Shown: positions 12,701-26,273, numbered from the stretch's first letter. The stretch is 64,000 nucleotides of DNA from Marsupella aquatica (GCA_973895155.1 OZ316894.1:23186709-23250708); one strand, 5' to 3'. Made by a program: numbers and translations. The notes: a model not told the origin generated them from the letters alone.

Positions 12701-13129
12701 GGGGGTTTCAAGTTTCATAATCCATAGGAAGTCTTGCTGAGTCTCAAAATTTTATATGAAGGAGCATCAGGTTTACTCTTGCTAACCCATGACCTGTCCA
12801 GGTGCCATGGCTATATGCCCCTCTTGCTCACTGCCCTCTCAAGTTGCTCCAGGCCATGGGTCAGAGCATCTCCTCAGGTTGGCTGGCCATTGGCCTCCAA
12901 ACAATAGATACATGTGGTTTTATGGCCCTTGAGATGACAATGGTCCTATCAGCAATCCACAATCCCACCCAAAAGCTCCCAAACTGACTTCCATTCTTCT
13001 TATTTTATGTTCAACCTTCAAATGTGCTAAACAAATGGATTTGGACATTTTTCGTTTGCTGTTGATGAGAATGGAGACGTAAATAGCGGGCTGGTTTGGG
13101 GACCCAGGGCCATTTAATTCCCGGAAGCA

Positions 13130-13540
13130 TTGTACTAGTATTGTCAAAATACATATGGCACAAACCTAGTCTTTATCTACCTTGACAACAAATATCACAG
13201 ACCCTTGGTGACAGGCCAGGTTACAAAAATGGCCCAGACTTTATTGTTCTACGTAGTATTGTCAAAACAGGAATGTCCTAAACCCAGTGTTCAGCCTAAC
13301 CTGACCACAAACCTGTGGTCACTGCCCTGTTCGTACTACTGCACTTAGTTATTGTGACCACAACTGTTTGGTCACGGGCCTGGTTAGTCCAACATACTGT
13401 CGTATGCCAAAACAGGAATGTCACAAACCTACTGTAGTGTTCAGCCTACCCTGACCACCAGCCTCTGGTCGCGGGCCTGGTTTTTACTGGCTTGTGGTTA
13501 GTTATAATGATCACAAACTTGTGGTTGCGAGCCTGGTTAG
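13130..13540. repeat. Degenerate tandem repeat (~120-145-bp unit, 3 copies)
   Basis: gtcaaaacaggaatgtc..aaacc..agtgttcagcctaacctgaccac motif at about 13143, 13261 and 13407. Confidence 0.6.
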
Positions 13541-13541
13541 T

Positions 13542-13882
13542 AGGGCATGTCAAACACAATTAAGTTTTGTGCGTGACCTTGTCTGGAAATGTTGTGACCC
13601 AAGGCAGCGGGAATGACTGGTTGGGCACCGAATGTGAGGTCTAACCTCACGCCCGGGAGTCGTGACCGAAACTGAGGGCCGACTGTTACGAGGGAGAGGA
13701 CCCAATTTCAGTGTGTTCATTATTGACTCACCTTGTAATTCTCACACACTGTCGCAACCCCTCTCAAATCTGAGAGCTCAAAAATATCATTGCCGGGCTA
13801 CACCCACTTTGGGTGAGCCCAAGTGCATCTTGGGACACTCATGAGGTGTTTTTTTTTCTTTCAATAATATTTGAGATACCCT
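13542..13882 (+). mobile_element. MITE family A, copy 1 (~340 bp)
   Basis: TIRs AGGGCATGTCAAA ... TTTGAGATACCCT. The body is homologous to the reverse complement of 44653-44999 (shared ggaatgactggttgggcaccg, ggagaggacccaatttcagtgtgttcatt, caaaaatatcattgcc). Confidence 0.8.
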
Positions 13883-14019
13883 ACTCTAGTTAGTTGCTAG
13901 TTGCTTCCGTAATTTACCATAGCTACCGACCTCTAGAGGTTCAAATCTCAACGGTCATTCCCCCCGGACTGGAAGCAACGAGTCCCTTCGATGCGGCCGT
14001 TCTCTGCGCTCCTCCCTCG

Positions 14020-14745
14020 TTGGAAGGGAGAACTCACTCTCTCGATAGCCTGCCTCTCGATAGCCTGCCTGTCTGCCACACGGATTTCATTCTAGTTCCT
14101 GCCCACAGAACCAAGAGTGAAGAGTCGAGACGGACAGAAAGAGAGTATCGAGCTGTGATTTGGAAGAGAAAACTCACTCTCTCGATAGCCTGCCTGTCTG
14201 CCACACGAATTTCATTCTAGTTCCTGCCCACACAAGCAAGAGTGAAGAGTTTAGACGGACAGAAAGAAAGTATCGAGCTGTGTTTTGGAAAGGGAAACTC
14301 ACTCTCGAGATAGCCTGCCTGTCTGCCACACGGACTACATTCTAGTTCAAGCAAGAGTGAAGAGTCGAGACGGACAGAAAGAGAGTATCGAGCTGTGATT
14401 TGGAAGGTAAAACTCACTCTCTCAATAGCCTGCCTGTCTGCCACACGGACTACATTCGAGTTCCTGCCCACACAAGAGTGAAGAGTCTAGACGGACTGAT
14501 AGGGAAACCTCAGTCTCTCGTTAATCTGTCTGTCTGCCACACGGAATTCATTCGAGTCCATGCCCACACAAGCAAGAGTAAGAGTCTAGACGGAGAGCAA
14601 GAAAGAATCGAGGTGTGGACTGAAGGGGAAAACTCACTCTCTTTAGTCTGTCTGTTCTGTCTGTCTGCCACACGGAATTCATGCCCACATAAGCAAGAGT
14701 GTCTAGACGGAGAGAAAGAAAGAATCGAGCTGTGGGCTGAAAGGG
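14020..14745. repeat. Tandem array of ~123-bp units (~6 copies, degrading 3')
   Basis: aactcactctctcgatagcctgcctgtctgccacacgga...aagagtgaagagtcgagacggacagaaagagagtatcgagctgtg recurs at about 14031, 14172, 14296, 14411, 14508 and 14631. Confidence 0.85.
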
Positions 14746-16027
14746 AAACGAGAGAGGGGAAGGGGAGGACGGCAAAGTCGTCGGAGCTGTGGAGTCGAAG
14801 TGATTTCAGGGGGGGAAGGAGTATGAGAGACCTGTTTGAGGCGAGCTTGTTTTTGTCGACCCGCGCTTCTGTGCCCTCATCCGTTGCACAGGAATGCCCA
14901 ATGCAGGCAGCTTTGATCGACTGATAACCGAAGTGCTCATTTCCTCTGACCATGAATTGTTCGATGAATTGTCGTCAATGAAGCGCTTATTATGAGTTTT
15001 CTGCTCTCCCTTTTCTGTGACATTTTTTGTCATTTCGTTTGCGTCTGCTTCCTAGTTTTCCTTCCTCTTCTTCATTTGCTGGAATGAGTCGGTGCGCAGT
15101 GGAATTCTAGCAAGTAGTGTCGTATGCACTCAGTTCCAGCCCTATGTAGTCTTGTCGATTTGGTTGTTTTATCCGTTTCAGAGCTTCTCACGCTGTGCTC
15201 ATTTACAGTGCGTTCTTTACTGGGTTTTCCGCTAAATTTTGTCTTTGGCATCAAGCCTGCCTCGCTCTGCATCAGCTACCAAGTGGGCCGTAGAACCTCT
15301 ATCCAAGCAGTAGAAAGGAGGATCATATGAGAGCCGGCAGTGTTGTCAAAACTAGTCTGGTTCCTTATACCCTTTCTACTTTTCATATCCCGCTGATGGG
15401 TCCCTCGTCATATCCAGCCGCTGAAAACCTAGTACTTGCAGTGGTGGATTCACATGGACAAACTTTTGGGGGAGCTGAACTGCTTTCCTGGAAGTACGAA
15501 CGTTGTTGTTCAGACATTGGTGGGCCATTGCTTGTGACCACATTTTTTCGTCCGACGCGTTTGCATTTGGTAAGCAGTAGCTCGCTCTAGTAGCTGCCCG
15601 GCTTCGTTCCACTGAGGTTGCATGATTGCCCGGATCCCTTCGTCCAGCTCCTTTGTCACACAATAGTTGGAGTCAGTGCGTATTTGGGGTGTTTACAATC
15701 CGATCAGGTTTTTGTGGCATTCATTACTACCACTTAGTTTATAAAGTCGTCGAAAGCAAGATCAGGACGAAGAGGCTCGTGTTTAATTTACAAAAGTTTA
15801 TTGGATGGTAACTTCATAAGTGGTGCAGAAAATTCGCGAATGGTTCTTCCCTCAAGAGTTTCAAAGGAGTTCAAGACTGAATTTGTTGATATCGTCCTGC
15901 CCTGCACCGTCTTTACCAGCACTGCTTGCAATCCCTACTCTTTGCTAAACTTTCGTTCGTCTCTGATCTTGCTCGACTCACACCTTGGGTTTCAGACAAC
16001 TCGATCGAGGCGCCCGGATTTTCAGAG

Positions 16028-17886
16028 ATGGGTGGCGCAGGTGCGGTGAATGGTGATGTCATCACTTTAAAAGGCTCTGCGGCGATCGTGCGAGAATTCT
16101 TCTGTAAGGCTCTATCATCCACCTTGCAAAAATAAAAATCATTCAGCTGCTTTGTTTTGGGTAGACCATCTCAATTCAATGTGACTGCTGATGGCACTCC
16201 ATTCATTCACTGAACGGTTATTCTGCAATGTTGCAGGTTATGCGGTCAACAGGTGAGCCATCGTTGGCGGAATTGAAATGATCTGTTCTCCCGCTTCTCG
16301 CTTGTCATACTTGCAATATAGGATAATGAACCCAGGAAACCTCTTGGTATCTCACATGGAATGAAGCATCTTGCGCGGAACCTAATTCGGTTTTCTTTTG
16401 GCTCAGCATCCTGTATCAGCGGGGTGTTTATCCTTCTGAAAATTTCGGGAAGGTGAAGAAGTATGGGCTAACCTTGCTCATCTGTGAAGATGAGAAGGTT
16501 AAAACCTTCATAAATTCAGTGACTGTTCAAATTGCTGGTACATCTCTCCTATAAGTGGTGTAAATTCAATGATTAGTCCTCCGGATGTTTTGTTTGAACA
16601 GAAGAATCTATTTTCTTTCTCCTCTTCTTTTCTAGGTTGGATGACATATAATTCATTCGTCCAGTTGTTCTTTCGTCAGGATAATTCGTGCGCAGTTTGT
16701 ATTGCAAGCCCTTCCCGAAACAGACTGATTGCTTTGCAAATAATGATTGGTCTAAGGAATTCAATTTTTACATAACCCAAATCTGTTTTGCACTAATATG
16801 CAGAATGGTTGGAGAAAGGAGCAATAGAGAGACTTGTACTTATAATTGCCAGCATTGCCTCAAAGGAGGTTCTAGAAAGATGGAGCTTCAACATTGATAC
16901 TGACAAGGAAGTGAAAGAAACGGGGTAAGAGTTTCTTCATGCCGTCGCTTGCACGGAAGAAAATTCATGCGTGGCAACTCTTAGTCTTCTCTTAAATAGC
17001 ATGGCTTTGACTTTCGGAGGAACTAAGGAGAGATCTTCTTTTTGCCAGGATAAGCAGGGAAAAACCAGACAAGGAAATCATGGCAGACATTCAAGCCATC
17101 ATGCGACAAATAACCTCAAGTATCACCTTCCTTCCAAATCTGGATGAACCCTGTAAGTTGAATCGTTTCGACTTCAGACCTACTTGCAGCTTCATTCTTT
17201 GAAGGAAGAGATTCTGACTCGAGAGTTCACGTCATTTTCAGGTATTTTCGACTTGCTCGTTTACACCCCTAAAGACGCTGAGGTACCACCTTTATGGGGA
17301 GAAAGTGATGCAAGGCTGATCAACAACCAACAAGTGGTGAAACTACGTACCGTGGACACCAAGGTCCTGTCTACTCACCTTCGATCCCAGCTTTTGAATG
17401 TTCACTGTCTAGACAGATAATTTTCTATCCCACTAATAGCACATCGCATGCAGCTGCTCTTGACCGATTAGTTTTGAGCCTCGGTGTAGAGAATGTCAAT
17501 AAAATTGCATTCTCTACATCCATCTATTTTATCTACCGTCATTTGCAATTGCGATCTTGTTACACTACCCTGTCAGATCTCTTTTATTTTCTTGGTTTGA
17601 CCCTGCAGTGATTACCTCACAGAATCTACTGATTAAAAACCAACTCTTCGAAGAATGCAATTGAAGAAAGAACCCAGCAAACCAAATCGTATTGTGAAAA
17701 TTCTCACTGAAAGTTTTGCCATCTTCGGGATGTGGTAACAATCTGAAGGTTTTTGGCTGCTCCAGTCTTCTTCGATGGCCAAAGAACGAAACCTAACCCT
17801 CTGTATATGCCCTATCTGACGTGCTATTTGTATTCCTCCAGGTGCACAAAGTGGATGCATTGGTTGCCTACAAGTTTGAATCCTAG
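16028..17886 (+). CDS. MAD2: Spindle assembly checkpoint HORMA protein MAD2 (7 exons: 16028-16103, 16237-16252, 16407-16537, 16804-16924, 17049-17152, 17242-17363, 17842-17886)
   Basis: The spliced product reads [29 protein letters not shown]...KKYGL...EVLERWSFNI...IQAIMRQITSSITFLP...FDLLVYT...WGESDARLI...VKLRTVDTKVHKVDALVAYK. All introns are GT-AG and phase-consistent. Confidence 0.96.
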
Positions 17887-19563
17887 ATCGCTCCTTCGTA
17901 TACCTACGAGAAGGTCCACTAGAGGAGCTCTCTCAGCTCCATCTCTGTTGAGTTACGTGATGTGATCGGAATCATCCAGGCTCAGTTTTGATGAAAGTGG
18001 TTCTCTTCCGAGTCGCCCGATGAGTAAAACACGCACATTGAGCCTGTGAATATATGAAGACGTGGTTTAATTTGTAGACTTTGGCAGAGGTCAGCTGTAT
18101 GTACAAAAATGAGTTTTGGCTGCCATCTAACCTAATCAGTAGACGGAATTTTGGTCCTCTGAGTGAAGGACAAATCCAGTTCGTCTGCTTCCGGTAATTC
18201 GCACGAGGTCAAAGGCCTCGCAGTGTTAGGCACAGTTGATGCCACAATTGGCCAGTAAAGGAATATCCATATGAATTGAAACACTGAATGCTTCTGTCTT
18301 TCGACTTTGCTGGTCTTGTATTTCATTCGGATCACGGGACTAAGACAAGTGAAGTAAACCTGATGTTTTACAATACTCAACAAAACTAAGTTTGACGTTT
18401 GCAAATTCTGTGTGGAAGTGGAATTGTTAAAATTATCGTAGTTCCTAGTTCTTGGCACACAGAGGTAACGAAAAATTTAGAAAAACCTCGGAACAGGACC
18501 TGTAAACAAATGGTAACGACGTGCTAATACACGTGATCACGGCCAGCTCTTCTTGCCCTAATTGGTTTTTGTGGACGAAGGTATGAGAAACTAGAATCGA
18601 ATGGATCCTTCGAGGAATTTGGCTCGTGCCCACACTGGATTTGTGAACCTCGATTTTCTAGATCCATGGTTTGATGCGCCAAAGCTGGACAGACTACCTG
18701 ATGGTTGACTTCTGCCATTCGGTTTTCTGGAGTCGATACAAATGCATACTTGTGACAACATTGGGCCTCCCAATTTTAACAAATGAAGACAAACAGACCA
18801 AGAGGTGCAATGGAAATTGTTGACCTCCCCTGGGAGCAGCTGAAGTGATTGTCACAGCATCTGTAAACATTTAGAGGCCCAACAAATGGTGATCTGGCAC
18901 GGGAAGTATTCTTAACTGGAAATTGACGGCTGCAATTGATCCCTGAATATCTCTGATGATCACCAACCTAGTGATCATTGGCGATGTAATAAACGATAGC
19001 CATAACAAATGCCGGTAGGTTGTCCTACCGGCTATCCTTCTACTCAGCAACAAGAGTACCGAAATGACCCTCACGCGCTGGATGTTACAGCATTGTCAGG
19101 GGAAATTCTAACATCTCCACCAACTTACGAGAACAGTCCACACACATGAGTGCGCTACCGCACCTGTGGCATTCTGATCATTTGGGTTGTCAGTTCACAG
19201 ATGCCGGCGAAAGGTCACATGAGTTTATTTTGTTCGTCACCGGCGTTTCCAGCTTCCTCAGGACATAGGAAACTCCCCCTTTCCTTGAAATCAATATCCT
19301 TCACGTGAGATATATCGTAAGAGGCTTAGGAGAAAGGTAAATAAAGAAGTACAGACTCAACAATAGAAACAACGGCTTCTGAATAAGAGACTCATATTAT
19401 TCAGAAACTGATCGCCCAACATGCCCGATATCGGGGCATTGCAGACATCCTTTCCTAGTTGACAAATGATAAGTACATGGAGCAAACTAAATCTAGCGGA
19501 CATAAATACAATCTAGCGACACAACTAAAACCACAGAAGCTAACTGACACAAGACCACAGAAT

Positions 19564-21493
19564 TTACAGCTTAAGGATTTTCCTCACTCTCTGTTTGAAC
19601 TCTTCCTCTGTAATCACTCCCACATCTCTCGCACTCTTGAGATTTGCAATGTTCTGCCTATCCAGCTTAGCGTCTAACAAGGCATTTTGTTTCCCAGAGG
19701 CTGATTCTTGAAATTGCTTCTCGATAAGAGCAAGTGCAGAAGCTTGCGGTTGCGGCGTTTGAGCCTCTGACTTTAGCTTCTCGTTGGACGAAACCGGGGG
19801 ACTTCTAGGCCCAGGGGCAGGTGGGTCATCATCAGATCCGTCAGTTGAGCTTGCACTTGAAGTAGAGGCCACCGGTGCAGTTGTCCCATCAATTAGACTG
19901 TGACTCCTCTTCAGCGCATTCCTGGTTGCAGGCTCATCGGCAGATTTCGAGCGGACCAAAACCTCCTCACTCTGCAATGCAACTTCTGCTGATTCTTTGT
20001 TCAAGTTACCAGCTTTGATGTCTTTCAGGGTTTCTCTCAGGCGATCCTTCAAGGTTTCTTCTTGAAATGGCGAGCTTGGAAAAACCGTTTTGTAGTGCGC
20101 ATAAACTGCCTTCCAGACCTTACCTGGAATTAGCTGATTAACTTTTTTTCGGTTCTTACTGTAGATTTCAATGTGATAGTTGTAGGCAGCCACCATCGTC
20201 CTGATGTGCAAAGAATCCACAATGCGGCGCGTAACCTTCCCTTTCGGTAAGAGAACAGTGTCAGAGATCACAATGGCGCCCGCTTGATTGGCGTACTGGT
20301 GAATCCGAGCTGCAGCATCTGCAATCCTCTGACCAGCTCCAGCAACTACACAGAGGTCTTCTGATTGTATGGGTGGGGTGCCCATAGCTGCAGCATCTGC
20401 AATCCTCTCGAGAGCTGCGGCAACTACGCAGAGATCTTCTGATAGAGAGTTGAGTCTGTCCAGAAAGTCACAGTGATGAAGGGTTTCAACTCAAATATGA
20501 AGATTCGGATGAAAATAGTTGAACTAAGAAATTTAGAGCAAGACGGATCATTCCAACTTAAACGGACAGCAGAGCATTGCAGCAGTGTCGCCGTTTCTCG
20601 TTATCAGCGCAAAAGATGTACAATAGTCTCACACAATCAAGCATTTGGCCGTTCTTTTTGGGCGATTGAGTGAACACCATCATTCAGCAACGGCATAACG
20701 AGATATGGGAAGTGACCTACTCAACCCTCTTTAAATTCTATCCCTTGCCAACACTGGAAAGAATGGGATCTGCAAGGAAGATCGCTTCGCTCTCAACCTA
20801 GGGTGCAAGCTTGTTCGGTTCACTACAACCTTGTCAATAAACTTTTTCTGGAACAATAATTCATATGGCAATGCAATCAACGAACCTTAAGTGATAAGAT
20901 TTCAGTATGTTTCTAAGACGAAAGCCACGGCGGGGCACTCGAAACAGAAGGCCCTAAGTTTTTACGCTCCTGTCTCGGATAGCTATGCTCAACTAACGAT
21001 ACTCGGTAGTGATCGAAGTCATTTTATCGGTTCAGGGTCTATGCTTGCACCTGAAAAAATTTATCCAGAAGTGACTCGGATGCTATGGTGCAAACGCAAT
21101 CCATCAGAGTCTCACAGTTGTGCGAACGAGGATAATTGATGCACCTTCGTTGCGTGATAATAATTTAAAGGAGTGGAAATTTGATAGAGTTGACAACTGA
21201 CTGTGAGCTAAGAACAAGAATGCAATGTAACAAACCTGTCTCCTTTCATCACGCAGCCTACTATGTCACCTTGCGAAAACATTAATCCGCATCGTGCGAA
21301 AACCCAGAATTTAGGTGCGCGGAAGGACAAACAAACTCCCAGAGTCACTGTCAAGGGTTGTCGCCCTGGTATAAAAATGCACAACTCACTTGCATTGCGT
21401 CCGATCATCTTTGCTGGTTCGAATATCTTCTCCGCAGAACTTGCACCCTTCGCTGCTGTGGCGACGAGCTTTGACCGGATCGCTTTCATCCAT
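19564..21493 (-). CDS. Uncharacterised ~379-aa protein: Cys/His-rich N-terminus, SANT/trihelix-like central segment, C-terminal SHOCT-like motif (proposed exons 21493-21390, 21144-21051, 20847-20798, 20455-19564)
   Basis: The last exon contains the 273-aa ORF and stays open 5' to a cag acceptor. Three upstream GT-AG exons join in frame (phases 2, 0, 2). The C-terminus IANLKSARDVGVITEEEFKQRVRKIL fits the SHOCT pattern. The upstream exons are inferred. Confidence 0.65.
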
Positions 21494-23729
21494 TGAAGAC
21501 ACTGCCTGGAGGAATTTTGTTTCCTTTCACTTCGTCGGGAATTTCGGTGTTGTTGGAGGACTGTTCGCCAACGAGCTCAAAATCACTCTCGCATTCCATG
21601 TTCTGGACCTCGACAGGCCTTACATCCCTCCTCCGACTCTCACCCCCGGCGCGCACGCGGTCTTGCTGAGAAGTCCATTTTCTGCTCGCCTACATCCTGT
21701 CAAACCCGATTCGAACGACAAAATTTCTTCATCTGATCTCTAACCGCGGACGAAATTCCCCATGCCGAGACACTTTTGGGACACCTAGACTGAGAACGAA
21801 CAACCCCTTCCGTAGGTAATTTGCAGATACCATTGTTCTCATTCGTCAGTCGCACAATTATCTTGACGTTCAAGATAACGAGAAAAGATTACACTCTGCT
21901 CAAGAATTCTGCATCGAAGATTCGGGCGTTCTTGCTCCAAATGTTGGACATCTTTCACGAAACTCAGACGACTGTTCGGATCGGAAAAGTGCTCTACGCT
22001 TCGGCATAGTAGAAGCCGTCATTCTAAGAAGCGTTCTTGTTCCGAAGGGTGGAGGTTCTCAACTTCTCAATGCGGTTTGTTCGTTTGGTTTGTTGAGAGG
22101 ACGTGACGGAGTAGATCACTAGGGTGGCGATGAGATGGAGCACGTCAGGGCGCAGCCTGTGCATTCTTGTAGGTACTGTTCAGGCTACTACTGCACTTTT
22201 TGCAATCGGCATTTTTGTTTGTGTTTCTCGTTTTTCGTGACAGCGAGCTCTCTTTTCACGCCTGGAAGCAATAATTATGTGACTAAGCAACGCTAGTAAA
22301 GGAATATGCAACTCTCTTTCTTTCCTTATCACTAAGAGATGATGAACATCAGACACAGATATGCAACTCTTTGTTTCACACACGGGGATATGGACCTCTT
22401 TGTTTCATGATCACCAATAGATTATGAACACCAATAGATTATGAACAACTCACAGGTATGCAACTCTCCCTTTCCTGATTGTTCTGGCCGTTTCCTCTTT
22501 TGGGGTTCCGAGGACTAGTGATTCCATTGGTTTCCTCGTGGCTTCCGACGTCTGTTTGCTATTCTTGCTTGCTGAGGCTTTTCCAAGATCGAAGAAGACA
22601 TGATGTTTGTCAGTTCGCTTGTAGTTGGGTTTGAGAAGTGACGAAGGAACAATGTCGAACTTCCTCGGCCACTTTTACCGGTGTATGTTCGGTATGGCCA
22701 GTGGAAATGAACAAGTGAGCCATGGTCAGCTATGGCATGGATTGCCCACCCTTGACACGAGGTTGTGGTCATCTGTCGAATCAGATAAATAGTGCAATTC
22801 CTGCCCCAAGTACTTCCCGAGTTTAATCTCGACCTTCTTCTTTCCGCGACGAACTATCGATGCTCTCACACTCCCCCAAGAGGTGACTTAGAAAGACTCC
22901 CTTTCACTTTACCAAAACAAGCAACACATTGTTGGTAGTAAATCTGTAGGAACGTTCCGACTTCTTTCTCAATCGTACGAAAACCTCAGCTGCAGCGACA
23001 AAGTGTACTGCTAGTCTCCTACGAATGAAACTGGGAGTTGGGTAGTTCATCTCAACAAAGCTGCAGTAATCCATACAGGCAGGTTTTACCTAAGAGCCTC
23101 GTACTAATGCCACACACTGACGACCTGTGATTCCACAACTTCGTACTCCTTATCCTTCAGTTCATACTAAGGGGCACATTTCTTCATATCAAGCCAGTGA
23201 TAAAATGACTGTATGCAAAGTTTCCTGACATCTGCCCACACCTCGCTCGTTAAACCCAGATCGACCAATCGTCACGATGACGTTTATTCGTATACAGTAC
23301 CAATCAATTGGCAGTAAGCGCTGACGTTGTCGAGACCTCATTCCAAAATCTAGAGGTTACCAAAATTGATCCAGGGGGCAAAGAATAATTACTTGCAATT
23401 TTTTCTGAGTGTTCCCTCGATATGAGCTTCGTTGAGAACTACTGTAGCTAACAATATTCACAATCCCCACCATCACCGAACATATATATTCTAAACTTCT
23501 GAACACAAACTCCTATAGTAATTTTACAACTTGAAATCAATCTACAGTTGGGCTGCGCTTCTCTGCAACATGCAGAAGAACGATGCATCGTAGCCCATGT
23601 CCCAATTAAGGACTACTATATTGCTCATGGTCCAACCCCCTCCATTTGCACATAGTAATAAGGGAAGACCACATGTTACAAAGGCAGAAGATCGAATGAA
23701 ATAAGATGAAGGTGTGGCCAGTATTCAAA

Positions 23730-26273
23730 TCATGACCAGTTCTGCAGAGCTGACCAAGTTCCCCAAATGCCAAAGCACACACCAAACAATAAAAATGTGT
23801 AGTCCACCAGCCTTTCCCACCAGCGGAGACTCCCTGAATGCGTGTGAAGATGGAAGAGCGCCGGGAAAATAAATGAGAGGATAGAGCACACACTACTCCC
23901 CAAGAGTGAGAGAAAATCTCCGAAGTGGGGCACACCCACTGCCGTCAGAGCAACCACCACAACTGTTACAGTTCTCAGGAGCACTGAGGGTCTACCATCG
24001 TTGAATCTCCTCTCCACCACCTCGTGCACGGGACACATCATCACTGGGAATGTGAAAAAAAGCCCGAAGCAGAGGGCAAGTTTGATGACCGTGGTCTGCC
24101 AGGTTTGCCCCAGGTTGAGGGTGATAATATCTCGAGTTGCTTCACCGAAAGCAAAATAGCCAAACGATGCAAAGACGATAAACAGGGTGGTAATGAATCC
24201 TAAGGCAGCAGCCAGAGTGCTGCGGAACTTCGATCGATCCTTCATGTTGCTCTCAATCGGAATCACCAGTCCAAATCCTTCATAAGCATAGATGGCCACC
24301 CCCATCACGAAGGGTAGAGTGCCCCATCCGGTGAATGCATCCAATTTGCCGACCCCTTGTTGTTTCAGTTCAATAACGTCGTAACTCATTACCACGCACA
24401 TGGCAACCACATTGGCAGCATCTGCAAACATACTAAATGGCGCCAGACGTGTCAAGGATCGGATCGAGGCCAGCCAGGCCTGAAAGGGGAAAAGAAGCCA
24501 GACGTAGATTGACTTCGATTGCCAATCTATTCCAATTGTGCCATAACTCCACGCTCCTGCATTCACAGGTCAATCTTTAATAGAGTACAATGTGCAATCA
24601 AGAACTTTTCATAGACATGATCGCCAATCATCTGTGCGTTTCGTGCCATTGCTTACGACACATGGCGTGCATTGGACGTATGTTCTCTTCAGTTGTAAAA
24701 AAATGCCTCCGGCATTGATTGCATTTTAAAATCCATGTGTGCTATGAAAAGAAATTTTACAATATCAGTAAACCTAAACATTCAGGATCTAAAAATTAGG
24801 TGCAATGAGTGGCTTGAGCACTGTCTCTGTTATACCCAGACCACCCTGAAATACATGAACCACATGTCTAAAGTAGTCATTAATTTACTGTCAGTTGTCC
24901 ACAAAGAACTAGGGAGAAAAAAGAGACCGGACCCAAGGTATTAGATTTCGGAAGAGACTGTTGAAACCGAACATTAGCGCATTTTCCGTGGTAAGCATGA
25001 TCAGAAACTAGAGGAAGACCACTAAACTGGAGCCATTCTCAAATGGAGATTACATTATCTGCCCCAAAAGCTCTGAGACGAGCTGCACTGAATCCTGACT
25101 GAGTCTCAACTTGATCTTCTCTTTGCTATCTCCTCCAAATGACACTGCGGGAGTTTAAGTTTCTGTCTGAGTAAGACTGTCGGGACGAATAAGTTCAGAA
25201 GACTCTATCGGGGTGAAAAGAGAGTGACGATGTGGATATGATTAAACAATGTGGATTTCAGTATATAAACTATTATGTCAGGTCTGAAACACAAGATCTG
25301 CATTCTGCTTCTGGGGAGAGACTCTTCTAAGATCATTTTGTTTCGAAGGTTATTACAATTTAGCAACCAGCCCCACGATGCCTCCACAAAAAGAGAAGAC
25401 TTCGCAAGAAGTCATACCCCTGAAGGCCCTTTAATTACGACATCGAGGTCGGATCAGCATCCAGGGAAAGCATGCTACACAACGTCCTGAAAGAGAAATC
25501 TTTCCGGCCAAAATGAAGTCGCACCTTGATCAGAACCGACGAAGTTTGGTTCAACTTGACCATTCGAAACGGTGAATACGCTGGCCAAATTTTCTCCGAT
25601 GAAGATAAGGTAAGCAACACAGAAGCCTGCCTGGCTGAGGATGATGGCCAGATCAACAATCGCTCGCCCGAATTCACCGTATGCCACGAACCTATAACAG
25701 AGATCAACCCATTGTCGAAATGGAAACCACCGGTGCCGACAAAAGTAAGCAGGTGGGGATGAAAAAGCATGAATACCAATTTCAGACAGATACACATTCA
25801 CAGTGCACAGCACGGGAGGACAGAATAAATCCAGGGAGCTTTAGGGGAATTTTTTATCTTAGAAGGCTGATAAGACGTTTAAGACAAGGCAAGACAGGAG
25901 TGGTCAAATACCCCAAATCGCTGTAACATTGGACGTCGTCGTTGCCTTCGCTCTCGAGTTTTCGCTTTGAAATGATGAGGAGCATCATATTGTGGTAGGA
26001 AGCAAAGCCGATGAACGCCAGAGCCAGGGATCCACTAATCCATCCCGACTGCTTGAATGTATACGGCATACCCAGGACGCCTGCGCCAACAATGGAAATG
26101 AAAATGTTGCAGAAGGTTTTCCTCACTGAAGAGAGACTTTCGTGACTGCCGACATGCCCGCCATGTGAATTGCCCGCCGGGAGTAGCAGCGTCGTGTCAT
26201 CGGATGGCCGATACCCTGTAGAGACCACCCCGTTACTGGCCGGTCTCCCATTCTCTGCATTTTTAATAGTCAT
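23730..26273 (-). CDS. Amino-acid transporter, AAAP family, AVT3/ANT1-like (exons 26273-25912, 25691-25525, 24556-23730)
   Basis: KTFCNIFISIVGAGVLGMPYTF..SGW, YSDLG|FVAYGEFGRAIVD..IILSQAGFCVAYLIFIG, LAPFSMFADAAN, GVAIYAYEGFGLVIPIE, FGYFAFGEATRDIITLNL, VPHFGDFLSLLGSSVCSILSFIFPALFH. Many transmembrane segments. The exon 2 donor position is the least certain. Confidence 0.92.

Noticed and set aside
12300-13000. Coding-like GC content suggesting a TE or gene relic (similar at 28540-29850)
   Set aside because: No recognisable motif in any frame.
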